DNA of 64,000 bases from Phoronis australis (Eukaryota; Animalia; Phoronida), in assembly GCA_002633005.1 (NCBI GenBank), contig NMRA01000674.1:62001-126000 (forward strand), written 5' to 3'. The notes under the pieces are model-generated. The model had not been told where the DNA came from. It ran no database searches and saw only the letters and a program-made list of their open reading frames with translations. The translations under genes and the position numbers were made by a program. Shown here one piece after another: positions 39,995 through 52,851 of the stretch; the stretch's first letter is position 1, and every line of letters begins with the position of its first letter.

Positions 39995-40866
39995 ATGAAC
40001 CACATTCGCTTCATGTTCATCATGACCAATTAAGAACGCCACATTAAAAAACAGCAATCGGTTGCGCTCTAAAACATGAGTGTTAAAGATGACGCTGTCT
40101 TAAGGCCTCGCCGAAGAGCTAAAACGTGTTGGGTCGATTTTCCATGGCAGCTTGTTTAAAACTGTCATTTTTGCATACACATATGCCCTGTACACACATT
40201 TGAATATTATCTGGGAAATNAGTAGTATCTACAACAACAGCAGGTTCAACAACAACATCAACAGCATCAGCAGCAATAACAACAACATCAGCAGCAGGAA
40301 CAACATCAATGGCAGCAGCGACAACTGCAGCAGCAACCTCATCAGCAGCAACAGTAGCAGCAGCAGCAAAAACAACGACAACAACCACAATATCAGGAGC
40401 AGTACCAACTTCCACAGAAGGTGCAACTATAGAAGCATCGTCAGCAACAACAACAACAACAACAGCAGCAACAACAACAGCAACAACAACTGCAGCAAAA
40501 CCGAAACTGTCTTGTCATGGAAATGATGTCCTGTGTTCTGATTATACGTGCATCAAATCACACGAGCTTTGTGATGGAGTCAAAAATTGTCCACGTGGAG
40601 AAGATGAATTCAATTGCCAAAACGTAACGCGTGGCAAATAAATGAACCACATTCGCTTCATGTTCATCATGACCAATTAAGAACGCCACATTAAAAAACA
40701 GCAATCGGTTGCGCTCTAAAACATGAGTGTTAAAGATGACGCTGTCTTAAGGCCTCGCCGAAGAGCTAAAACGTGTTGGGTCGATTTTCCATGGCAGCTT
40801 GTTTAAAACTGTCATTTTTGCATACACATATGCCCTGTACACACATTTGAATATTATCTGGGAAAT
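39574..40866. repeat. 646-bp near-identical tandem duplication across the N at 40220 (probable haplotype-overlap artefact)
   Basis: 39574-40219 matches 40221-40866; the only difference noticed is tctacattaaca vs tctacaacaaca. The junction is a single N. Confidence 0.9.
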
Positions 40867-41976
40867 TTTTGCTTAATCAATGGCATTTAGCAGAAACAAG
40901 TGTAAAAATGCTTTACATAAATTTCAATTACGCACTTGTGATTATGGTATCTCAGTAACTGTGTCGCAAGAAAACCCAGAGCAGCAGGGGAGATTACTCT
41001 GACAGGAAATTTGACTGCCTGTCATTGAGCTGCACCTTTGCTTCTTGGTGTATATTTTCATGTGTTATCCATTCTTGTGGCCGGAAGCTACTTTTGCTGT
41101 CGTTCAACTGTTATAATGAATAAAACGAAATTCAAAATATGCCATACTCTAACAATAACAATAATGTTAAAAGATATCAGGCATTTGCTCAATAAAGCTA
41201 GAGAGTTTCCAAGCCATTGGCAATCCGGGGTGAAATTCAATAATAGTACCCCGAAATTTTCGACGACCGATCTATGCTTGTATCTTTATCAGTGTGCACT
41301 GTGTGTCGTCGTAGTCAGGTTGTTGAACAAAAGGTTGATCTTGCAACTGGCTGACTACAGAGACACACATCGCACACTGATGAAAAGGAGGTAACTATAA
41401 TTGAATTTTGGAAGTGAAGATGAAACTAGTTATCAGTCAGCAACTTCCTGATGAATCTATTTACTCTAGAGATTGGCTTCAAGTATCGTGTGTGAAAGTA
41501 CCGACAAGTTCAATAGCCCAAAAACATAATTTAATGAATAGGCTTAGAAAATGCACGACGCTTTGCTGCAAAAACCTACAAATAATGCTTTTGACAGCAA
41601 ATGTTTTAACGTAGTTTAAGAAACACTTTCATGTGCTCGCGCTGCAAATGGTAGGACGATTCCCTTCTCTCTATATTGCATAAAAACTCATCATTTTAAT
41701 TGAATTTACTTTTCACAAATTAATGAATAAAGATATGAATTACAAAACCCACGATTTGTGCTACATCGATTCTCGCGCATTTAAAATGTCTCTCACCCCA
41801 AATTTATTATACATCAGATTTACAAAAGCGTTATTTTATCATTAAATGGGAATTACACAGTTGAAATTAACAGTTAACAATATAGTCATTAGAAGCATTA
41901 TATTGTTGTCCACAAAACATTTCAAGATCCACTCTCCGGGTTTAGAAAACAAAAGACAATACTTGAATAAATCTAT

Positions 41977-42105
41977 TCAATGAAGGCACGCGCTGTATGT
42001 GAACTGGTCAATGAAGGCACGCGCTGTATGTGAACCGTTCAATGAAGGCACGCGCTGTATGTGAACTGGTCAATGAAGGCACGCGGTGTATGTGAACTGG
42101 TCAAT
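41977..42105. repeat. 31-bp minisatellite x4 (tcaatgaaggcacgcgctgtatgtgaactgg)
   Basis: Directly visible. Confidence 0.95.
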
Positions 42106-44117
42106 TTCACATGGTTACACTTTAAATACATTAGTACCACAGTTCTACGGACATTCCTTCAACAAGCAATATGTCTGTGGAGTAAATGATGCATCCAAGC
42201 CAATGAAAGTTTCCATTTTCCGTCCCTTTATTCCGTAATTTCAGACGACAAAACTCTTACATGTATCTTAACGCCATTATTCTCCTAGCAACTGTCCCAT
42301 GGACTTTCTTAATCACCAATTCGTTACATGGTCTGCATCCACTCTTGGTCAAACAAAATCGTCATTAGCTATTAACGAGAGACTGGTTGCGGAAAGGAGA
42401 GGAAATCAGTTTTTTAACCGTCATACCTGGAGAATTTTCTGAAAACAAAGAAAAAATGAGGTTAAATCAATAATATGGCATATTTTTGTGTTAGTATTAT
42501 ACAGCGTGTCCTAAAAGTGATGTCATTCTAATTTATTTGACTGTACATCAAAAAAGGTTCTTAGATTTTCATGAAAGTGAATGGTTTCGATAAGTATTTA
42601 ATTATGAAAAGAAACATTTATAAACGTGCCATTCCTGTAGACTTTGGAAGGTGAATTTGCTTATTTTTCCAATCTGGATTGCGCGCTCAGTGATCAACTA
42701 CTACTACAGTCTGTGGTCGATTTGGAGACTAGGACTAGCTAACATTCTAAGCGATGGCAAATGTTCCTGTTCGTTTATTCATGCAAAATTATAACCTTTA
42801 GTATTCAAAAGAGATAAACCATTGAAAAATATCCTTACACAAACCAAGTAAAAATTGACGTTGAGAAAATTATTGACAATTTACAAACGGGGGGGGGGGG
42901 TATTTATGATATTTTGATTCAAAATTGTGGAAGTCTTTCTTTGTTTCTGTCACGTCGTTATTGTTTTAGACCAGCTAGTTAGCTTTAGTAGCCATGAAAT
43001 ATGACCTTTAGAGGAATTACAGGCGATCAGTTTAACCAGTTTCAATTCAAACCATAGCACTCTTAGCCCTGAAATGCCAACTTCGATCTCGCGCTCGCTG
43101 TTTCCTTGCGTGTCGCTATGTGGTAGAACACACGCAGGTATCATTTAATTTTCCTCGGGATTTTTTTTACACCGGCGTTTGTAATTGGCTGGTCGAATTT
43201 TCAACAGGTAGCGCTTTACGCAAACAAACAGACATGACCATATACATCACACAGACCTGGCGTACGCGCTACTGCAGCTGACAACTTGACGCTATATTGC
43301 CATATTGGAGTGTTTCTAGTCACGTGACACGGTTAATCGCCCTTTTCAAAGCGCGATATCTAACACATACTATAAGAGGCAGAAGTGTGTGATTTTTCCA
43401 GAAACACAAAAACCTGTGATACAATACTTACATGCGTTTTTAAAAGTCAATCAGTCGATAGAGAAAATATCAAACTAATAGAAGATCGCAACCAGTGACT
43501 CGTTGGTACCTTGCATGCCGCTAGGTGGGGCGGTAGCCGCGCCAGCACGTGCTGGCTTGGCTAAGCACACAGGGAACCAGCGAGGGGGAAAGTTGAGGAA
43601 GTCATGCTAACCCTTGTTACCAAACATCCCTTTTTGCCGCGAAACTATTCTAAACAACGCTATGTTAAACAACCTTCCATGTGTATTAAGCTATTCCCTT
43701 CTATTTAACATCGAGTGGGTCAAGGAGAGCCACTGTGTAATTACACATGCTGAAGCAGACGAGCTGTCAGAGACTCCAATAACCCCTTTCTGAGTAGACA
43801 CGGAGATGTTAAGTTGAACTTATGGCAGTCAGTGACTCGTGGTCCATTGCCTTGAAGCTGTTCTCTATGAACACCGACGAAGGGGAGGGGGGGGGGGGAG
43901 GTGACATTTTCTCGAGAACCAGTGAGTCATCAATCCCCAGTAGAAGACCCCAGGCGGCTCCCCAAAAGCGGGAAATTTACTTAATAGCAAGTTCCAAAAG
44001 TCATAGTTTATGAGTTTTCTTGTTGGAATAATAATAGCGCCCATAAATAGTCTACATATATGTAAGCTGCACGGATTACGCGTAATCTCCACACATACCG
44101 CGCCCTATTCACTATCA

Positions 44118-44310
44118 GGAGGCAGTGTGACCTAGTGTCCTTCCTCTATTCATGGTCGTGTTTTCGAGTGACACGGGGCACACTGCTGGTCGCTTGAGTC
44201 AAGTCCCTAGATCCTCAGCTCTGTTTCAACTAATGAAGCATACAGATGGTCCAAGGTGATCAGTGCGATGGGGCTTCCTGAGCGGCATGCGTATGTCTGG
44301 TACAGCAATA
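44118..44310 (+). mobile_element. Decayed tRNA-derived CORE-type SINE
   Basis: Head ggaggcagtgtgacctagtg (A-box-like), ttttcgagt (B-box-like), CORE-like gtcgcttgagtcaagtccctagatcctcag. Confidence 0.4.
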
Positions 44311-44523
44311 TTTTAAACTAGTTATTGAGATGTTGGGAGGATATCTTATTCCAGTAGCTACCCCTTACTCTTGATATAATGGAATCACAGAAATGATAAT
44401 TCCGCATTTCTCATAAATTTAACATTTCGTCTAGCAATGATGAATTTTCCTTGTTTCAGTTTAACGTGACCTTTGACCTCTCATTTGGCCTTGACTTTGA
44501 CCTTGCATCCATAAAATAATATT

Positions 44524-46070
44524 GTGACCCAGCACGACAAAATGAGTCTAAGTCGGAAACTGTATTTCCTGTCCAGACTACAAACAGTAGCTTTCGGTGA
44601 AAATTAGGTCAAAATGTTTTATGGCAGATTATGATTATTCATTCATTTTTCTTCACAAAACATTGCTTTAAAACTAGAAAACTTCATTTTAAACCTTATT
44701 TATTTCATTTTGAAAAACATCAACTTCTCGACGACTGGATAGCTCGTGAAATTTTCATCAAAATTCGCCGCTTTTCGTTACCCCATTGCTCAAATCGCTC
44801 GTAAACACATCAACAGAAAGGTCAATCTCTGCTCATTATGCATGTAGTAAGCTCTTTCAGTGTTTCGTCCAATCATTAGTAGTAATTTCGCTTTTCGCAT
44901 ATATAATAAATTCAACAGAAGTGTCACTGACCAGTCTGGTTGCTAGCAACGACCTTTTAATCTAATACATCGCTGACTTCATTCGCTAGAACTAGTTAAG
45001 GGGGCGTGAAACTGTGGGGTCTCGAGGTCACGGCATATTAACAAGACAGTAAGATGGCTGATCGCCGTGTAGCTGATATCTCAGTGATTAACTCTTGCCG
45101 TATCAATATCAGCTAGAATTAACTGAAGTCATCGAAGAGCATACTTGTGGATGGGGACAAGGAGGAATTTCGCGACAGCGACGAGTCGTCTGGCGGCAGC
45201 AACTCGTCGCCAGATGAGTTTCATAATCGACCCATCGTGAATACGGTTACGTTGGATTGAAACAAGCAGAACTTGAAGAAAAACAGTATGGATTAGCTTA
45301 ATCGCTGAACAATGTCTTGTACCTGCAAAACAAGTGGATCGGGGTGCAAGTAGCTGAGTATTACTGCAAGAGAGAACAACCTTCGATAGGACTCAGTCCT
45401 GACTGAATCACTCGGTGAGAAGTCGAGGAAATCGTTGCTCTGCAGTCAGTGTCAGTTGACTTGGATAGGGATGACTGTTTGTCATTTTTTCAAAATTATT
45501 TATACTAGCGTAAAATTTTGAATTATTGTGAACACAAGTCAGCCACTAATGTGTATTGTGTAATCTGCAGGACTTCGTTTTATTTAACTTCTCCAAAATA
45601 CAAATTAAGTACCTGTTTGACTTGCGGTAACCCCTCCTGCCACAAGTGGTCTGATCCTGTATACATTAGCTGGGAAATTTATTGACCCAGTTGCAGCAAC
45701 CCAACATGAATATCACTCGTTTTTGGCTGAAATTACGTAATAAGGTCTATATTTTTTCTAATTTTTGATTACTTATATTTGTTTATATTGTTTTGTATAC
45801 TAAAAAGTCTAGAATGTAGCATTCAATTGCGGGTTGCTATGGAAATTTCAAAAACACTATCGGCACTTTTTCTCTTCCATTTTCCTTGACTTTTGTAAGC
45901 TCTAAATTTTCACTTTCCCCGACTGGAATTGGCAATAACTCGGTAATTTGTTAAGATAAGGACATGTTTCATACATCAAAATGATCATAAAATACTTTTT
46001 TTTAACAAAAAAATAACAATTACAAAAATGACAAATACCGACTTAAGACTCATTTTGGGTGCTGGGTCAC
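44524..46070. mobile_element. Non-autonomous TIR element (~1.55 kb, 33-bp TIRs), apparently inserted in an older repeat
   Basis: gtgacccagcacgacaaaatgagtctaagtcgg (44524-44556) vs ccgacttaagactcattttgggtgctgggtcac (46038-46070). Confidence 0.8.
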
Positions 46071-46980
46071 TTTAATGGTCTCTCCGTCCCAAAAACATTG
46101 GAAAACATAAATTGCAGGATCCTACACGGCATCATGTTCAGAGTGTGGAAATTAGGCGAAATTCAAGATGGCGGAAGCCGCCATCCTGAATTATGAAAAA
46201 TGCTCAAAGTTGCACTAAGTGCAACCAAGTTAATTTTATTCTCCTAACCACATATAATGAATTTCCAATAGAAATCTTTACAGTAAACAACATTTCAGGG
46301 TCAACTTTTTGGCAACTAGTTTCATTACCATAGAAACGAAATAGTTGCTGTTACGCCACTTGCATGACAAGGCTAAAAATCGTTGATCTAGTCCGCCATT
46401 TTCTTTCTTAGTGGTAAAACTTACCAATGATTGCCGAGGTTACATCAACCACTGATAAAACGCGTGCTACTTAATGATACCTGCGTGTTATCTATACGCA
46501 GGGAATCAGCGAGCGATCTCGTACTGCTGAGGTTGGGCATTTGATTACATTCGTTTGTTTCGGTGTTGGTTATTTCTATGGAAATTACTGTCGCTAAAAC
46601 TTTTTGCAATGCCGCATTGTTCACCCGAATTGCATAAGAGTCATATCATTAGACAGCCCCTTATCATTCCCGATGGTGTATGACTATATCAGAAGCAAAC
46701 GACAGATAATTTAATTCATAAATAATCACCATTTCGCATACCTGAAGATTTGATTATTCAATTCTCAAAAGTAAGAGAGTTACCAAAATGCGAAAAATAA
46801 CAGGGTGTAATAATAACATATACAGGGAATGAACCAGAAAGGTTAATATGAATGACTAATTAAACCAGCAGGGAAATAATTCCATTGATTCAAATGATTT
46901 CTACACTATCAAGACAAAGATTTTAGAATATGAATAAATCACAGTTGCTGTGTAGAATTTACTCAGATATTCATCCAAAA

Positions 46981-47330
46981 TTATAAATCTTGATTATACA
47001 TCTTAATTCGACCTTTGGTGCCGTTTGATACAGTTCTTCTAAGAATGCTGTGACATTTAGAAAAATGTGAAAAACTAATTACGCCAATTGCATGTACGGT
47101 ATTTGCAGACAAAGGCTTTCTGATAGTTACAAAAATGCGCAAACATGTGTTGTGAAGGTTTGAAATGTCTGGATAGACCATTGTATAGGTTGCAGTGTAA
47201 GACTTTCCATTTTGGTTTGTAAAGAACTCATTTCTTCTGAAAGTAAAAGTTAGTGATCCTGACACATGCAGTTTTTTATTACGGTAACCGTAAAGAAGAG
47301 ACATTGTTATGTTACTAAAGAAATTGGACT
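46981..47330 (-). CDS. Gene B exon 2, divergent SEA-like extracellular domain (…KLHVSGSLTFTFRRNEFFTNQNGKSY…)
   Basis: Acceptor ttgttttttccag| in phase 1, in frame with ORF 46981-47343 and with the donor at 48748. Length and pattern resemble SEA; the domain call is by eye. Confidence 0.6.
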
Positions 47331-47760
47331 CTGGAAAAAACAATATTCATGACAAAGAGATAAATGAACACCTGTTCCATAGTTTTTAACATTCGAGAAT
47401 GAAATAACCTGACAATTAGTTTGAAAAACGGGATTTCCGGATAAAAAGCGGGGCATCTGAGTCTAAGACAAAATGCTAGGGTGAAATGTTCGCAGCAAAA
47501 GACAAAACCGGCTCTACAGCGTCTTTTGTTTTTTTGAGTGGAATGGGCAATTGCAAGTGGCTCAAAAACCCATGAAACGTCCCGTTTTTTTTCTTTTTAG
47601 TCGAACAACAAAATAGTGCTACGTCCTGTAGGAAATTGCACTAGTATATGCTAATATGTCAGTATCGCCGTGTGTCAAAAAGCGAGACATTTTGGTGGTG
47701 TGGCGTGATGGCGGGAAAATTTTCAAAAAGTGAGATAGTCCGCCAAGAGCAGGACAATTA

Positions 47761-47940
47761 GCAAGTACACGTACTGTAAGCAAGTACACGTAATGTAAGC
47801 AAGTACACGTAATGTAAGCAAGTACACGTACTGTGAGCAAGTACACGTACTGTAAGCAAGTACACGTACTGTAAGCAAGTACACGCACTGTAAGCAAGTA
47901 CACGTACTGTAACCAAGTACACGCACTGTAAGCAAGTACA
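47761..47940. repeat. 19-bp minisatellite (gcaagtacacgtactgtaa) x about 9.5
   Basis: Directly visible; lies in the gene B intron. Confidence 0.95.
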
Positions 47941-48747
47941 ATGTACGCTGTCAGCAACAAAAAGTATTGGATTGGATTTTTTACAAAGTGAACTATTAAT
48001 TTTTAAATTTATTTCACGGGTATAAGTAATGCTACATACTGCAACTGCTCAGAAATCGAATTAACAAAAAGCTTTCTCGGTAACAGGTTAACACTGCACA
48101 AATCAATTATTATAGAAAAAATGAAACCACTAATAACTGATGAACACCCAAACAATTAGCTACGCAAATATGAGTAGTTTTTCGAAAGTCACAAACACTC
48201 AGAAACCAAACGTCACTTCTTTCCGGAAAATGCAGTTACATGATCTCAACACCCAAAAATGTGTTGTTAAAAAATTTCTAGCATGTAGTTTGACAGGTTG
48301 CCAAAAGTGATTCTAAGACTGAGGATGAAAAGATGTCAGAGGCTAGACTATTCCCCATATCCGGCCAGGGCCACGGGCCGGTGCGTATATAGAATGACCA
48401 ATGTAATTGTCGGATTTGTTGATTAATTTTGCTGGTTGTCTAGCATCGTTGTTTCAAGAGTCTCGCATACTGAATAAAAATGAAAATGAGTCATTGAAAT
48501 GAGGCTTGATTTGACAACAACACTCAATCAAAACTCAGTCGAACAGACAGCCGGAAATTCACAGTAAACTCTCGCGGCCAGTCATTTAGTCGTAAGCTCT
48601 AATGATTAGAATACATTGATCACGTGAGGGGGTTGGCATTCCAAGGCGCGAGGTCTACATTCAAACGTGGTCCATCCGTTTTTATTTTTACTTTGACAGG
48701 ATTTTGACGTGCTTCTCTAAAGTTAAATGATGCACACCTGCTCTTAC

Positions 48748-48991
48748 CTGCAAGTATTATCACAATAACACAAAGGACGAGAATCGCCATGAAAAACGCA
48801 AGCCACATAAGAATTCGGCTATGGTCAATACCATTCCTCCGCCCTCGTCCTTCAACTTCTCCATAGAGGGCCTCTTTATATGGATTATGTACCCCAAAAG
48901 GATGTTCTGTTGGATGAGATACATTGAGGTAGTTAAAACAAAGTTGTGTCGGGGAGCTGTATGATAAAATCGATGGTATTTTATCCGGCAT
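48748..48991 (-). CDS. Gene B first coding exon: cytoplasmic tail and signal anchor (MPDKIPS…GVHNPY…RILMWLAFFMAILVLCVIVIILA)
   Basis: In-frame stop upstream of the ATG at 48991; strong donor GCAG|gtaaga in phase 1; basic residues then a 22-aa hydrophobic helix. Confidence 0.75.
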
Positions 48992-49206
48992 TGGGACATG
49001 AGACGAGGCCAATACGTGTATGCATCCTCAGTACTCGTGTGCAGTGTAGGTACTTGCGTTTGGGTACTGTAATTTGAATTTGGTAATTGTACAACTGAGC
49101 AAAAAACAAAACGACCAGTAAAAACTGAAAAACATCTGATGAGGCAATAATTAAACGAACGATAAACTAAATAATACATAAACAATAATGATTGCAAAGA
49201 TCATAT

Positions 49207-49228
49207 AATAATGATGATGATGATTATA

Positions 49229-49311
<83 letters not shown>

Positions 49312-49313
49312 GA
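49207..49313. repeat. (GAT)n microsatellite
   Basis: Directly visible. Confidence 0.97.
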
Positions 49314-51842
49314 ACTTTATCACTGATGCATGCACAACGGCGCCAACAAAAATGTTTTCGCGGAACTCAAGGACAGGTTAAGTTTCTTCCCGCCTCATAA
49401 GAACTGGAACAAAAACTTGAACATCGGATAGTCAACGGAGTGGCAGAATGCCTGCCACGGCAGAATTGAAATTAAAGTAGCATGGGACGGCAGTCATTTC
49501 ACATGTGTAGTCCGTTGGTTAAGTTGTACGGCCGTATGAAAGTAATGTTCAATAGCAGTCGAAAGCAAGTCTAATGTGAGAAGGCGCCACGTGACCCATA
49601 TTACTTGCTTGGGCTATTTTTGTTACTGAGGCCATTATCCATTAAAATGTGCATGACGCAATTTCCAGATTTTAATTAGATTGCGCATGCTCGGTAGACG
49701 CACCTACTGAATTCCATTCAGAATTCCATTCAGTATCGCGATTAGTAGAATACTGACTGGCTATAAATAGACCGTGGTACTCTATAATGTGTTTCAAAAA
49801 TCGCTAAACCCGTTCCAAGGTCAGTATAAACTAAATACCCCCGCCATAAGGTGGTCCCACCCAAAACTTATGAAGAAAACAGGACCGCTTAAATCCCAAA
49901 AACGCCTTGTCAACGGCACTTTCTTCTTCGTTTTTAGTCACGTCTTTTGGAGGGACCAGGATCTCTAGCCCTCCTCCCCTAATTCCGACAATCAGTTCAC
50001 GAATGGTCTTCGTCAAATTAATAACTCTTGGGAAAATGTTAAAGTGATAACTCTCCAGGATTCGTCATGTCTTTGTAACGTTACGGTTTCTCTTGTGGCT
50101 GTTTTGGTTCAATTATAACTTTACTCAACTACTAGTTGCATGATATGAGATAACTATAGTAAAAAAATGCTATGTAAGACCAATATGTTCCTTCCCTATA
50201 CAGGATTCGTGCAAGGTTCTGTACCGTGAGCGACAATTATAAAGTGGTTGGTTTCTTATCTTTATTTCTTTTCTTTGGTCCGTAACAAGGCTCCCCATCT
50301 CAATAGATCTATAATGAATACCTTTGCCACCACTTGAAACGTTTAGGCAAACCGAGAAAGAGAGGGAGGAGGAGAGCAGGGCATGGAACTTTTCAAACAA
50401 CTCGGATATTTTCGTAGCCTCAAATTTTCTCCCGAAGGTGAACATTATCTGCGCATGTGCAGACTTCAGACACTTACGACACCCGTTGACACACTGCTTT
50501 AATGGGTATACACGCAAACAGAAGTGCGCCCTTACGACTTCCGGCCAGAAACGGCGGAAACAAATGACAGTGTATTTCATGACTCGTTAACACAATCAAC
50601 TCCTTAAGGTCAAAGATAAAATCTTCAATGACTGGTCTCGCGGAATGAGGAACCATGAAATCGAGCTGCTTGAAAACAAAGGAAAAGTGCCTCCTACATG
50701 CGCGCTCCCAGCCTAAAAATGGCGGGCTCGAATTTTTGAGAATGTGGACCTTTTACTAAGTTTCACGGGGTACGTTCAGAGCTATGAATTGTGCATTCAT
50801 CGAATTTTGGTAGTTCCTGCCTTTTTAGTGAAATTTTGTCTCGTTTTCTACTTTTTCGAAGTTTTTGTCTCTTTGAGGCGTACCTTTTTGCCCACTTCGC
50901 CAAATGACGAGACAAGTGTGTGCTGATTATTGCTAATGTTGTGGAGAGCTTTTACCAATTAGAGACGAGAAGCGGTGACCAAATTGCATCGAGTTAATCA
51001 CCGCGGATGATACTTAGAAGAGAGTCACATGAAAAGCCACGTGACTTAGCAAACTGGAGAATGATTGGCCGCATGACTGAAGATTCCACATCCACAGATA
51101 ACTTTCGCCACCGAATGGCGAAGAGAGAAACAGAGAGAAAGGGGATTAAAGGGAAAGGTAGGGAAGGATATTAATAGGGTTAGAGAGGGAGAGGGGGGAT
51201 GGAGGGAGGGAGAGAGAGGGAGAAAAATGAAACAAGGCCTATAATTTTGAACGTACGTGATAGCGGCACTGGTCGGTTCACGAAGTTCTGCATAACACGC
51301 TCGGCTGTTTCCGGCGATACTTCTTCATCGTCACTAATAAACGATGGATTGTCATACACTTGCTGCTGAAAAATAATAAGACGGTGCTTACAACTTCATG
51401 ACATGCTTATACAACTACAGCCTTTAATTTATGTTCAAGAATATTCGTTATGCTTATGCAAAAACATGGAAATACATCATGCAAGCGCGATTTAGTGGCG
51501 GACTTTCAAAAACAATTATGTTTCGATACTCACATTGTACTCAGGGTCACCTTTCATGAACGCCGGGTAAACCCGGCTTATGAGGCCACTTACTTGAGGC
51601 AATGGGTACAAAAACATGTGACCAGATGTTGATGTAACGTAAATCCATTTCAGGATAAGCAAGGAACCAACGAAATCGAAAGTAGTTAACGTGACATTTT
51701 TTAAAATGAAACATTTTTAAAAGCGGCTACAAACCCACTTTCTTCAAAAAATAAATTTGGGGCTCTATCCGTTTTAACATTTGCCTTACTCCTATGAGAG
51801 GTGATTCACTGGCTTGGTAGAAACTGGGATTTCGTTATTGCT

Positions 51843-52082
51843 TGAGGTCTCAGAAAGATGCTTGTCACAGTGAGTCTTTTTATGCGCTGAGGTCTCAGTA
51901 GATTGCTTGTCACAGAGAGTCATGGGCATTTTATGCGCTGAGGTCTCAGTAGATTGCTTGTCACAGAGAGTCATGGGCATTTTATGCGCTGAGGTCTCAG
52001 TAAATTGCTAGTCACAGTGAGTCATTTTAGGCGCTGAGGACTCAATAAGTTGCTTGTCTCAGTAAGTCATTTTATGTGCCGA
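51843..52082. repeat. 45/51-bp minisatellite, about 5 copies
   Basis: tttatgcgctgaggtctcagtagattgcttgtcacag recurs. Confidence 0.9.
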
Positions 52083-52639
52083 ACTATGACAAACTGCCAG
52101 TTCTTCCCTAGCGCGGAAGTCATTCCTCATCTGAGCAAAGAACAAGTTAATACCAGTTTTATGGCAATAAGCAGTCTAAATAAAATGGGTTGATAGCCTT
52201 GGCTTTTCAGTTTAGCTTAACTCAAATAATTTGGAAAGTTTTCCCATAGTCTTCCTTCAAAAGACAGTCATCAGTGAGCGTTTTGAATTTCAGTAAATGG
52301 TAAATGTAGCAATATGTCAGTTGCAGCATAACCTATCGGAATCACGATGTGTTATGTTGCAAAATGAAATGATTACGACATATCTCATAGGGCGCTCGTT
52401 GTATTATATCGTAATACAAATCGCCTGTCACATTTTGTGGTCTTTTTCATTCAGAAACATAGTTTGACTGCAAGAATACCTGTGTGATAGAAACCCATCC
52501 AACTTTTTGCTCATTTATGGCAACTAATTTGCAAATTGGTTTTTCTAATCTACGGGCTTTTTTATCTTAGGCAGCATTTCACAGTATATGGGTAATGACG
52601 CCAGATCAATAATTATATATTGAAAGTAAATCAATTCAA

Positions 52640-52851
52640 GTGTGTTGGTAGTTTCGACCACAGGTTGTGGTGCTTAGCGTCTAGTGTGGTAGTGTAGTTA
52701 GTTGTAGTATCTAGCTCTGCTTAGTGCTCTGCTTTCAGCTTCCGCCGCTGTTCAGTTCCGACTGTTAGTACATAGCTTCTCCCACAACAAGACTCGTGCA
52801 GTGCCTCCACGCGGCAACACATGGACTGGGTTTACTCAGACTAAACTGTGC
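52640..52851 (+). ncRNA. HDV-like self-cleaving ribozyme at the 5' end of a LINE
   Basis: P1 GUGUGUU (52640-46)/AACACAU (52816-22) with G1.U wobble; P2 GUGCAGU (52796-802)/ACUGUGC (52845-51); P3 GCC/GGC; L3 UCCACGC; P1.1 CC (52807-08)/GG (52823-24); P4 CUGGG/CUCAG; J4/2 ACUAA with C52841. Confidence 0.88.

Noticed and set aside
40221-40641. Second mucin-LDLa exon as a real exon duplication
   Set aside because: Starts at a single N, has no acceptor and is near-identical including the 3' flank, which is typical of an uncollapsed haplotype overlap.
45060-45323. Minus-strand acceptor suggesting a third exon of gene B
   Set aside because: All three frames hit stops within about 25 codons, and the site lies inside a TIR element.
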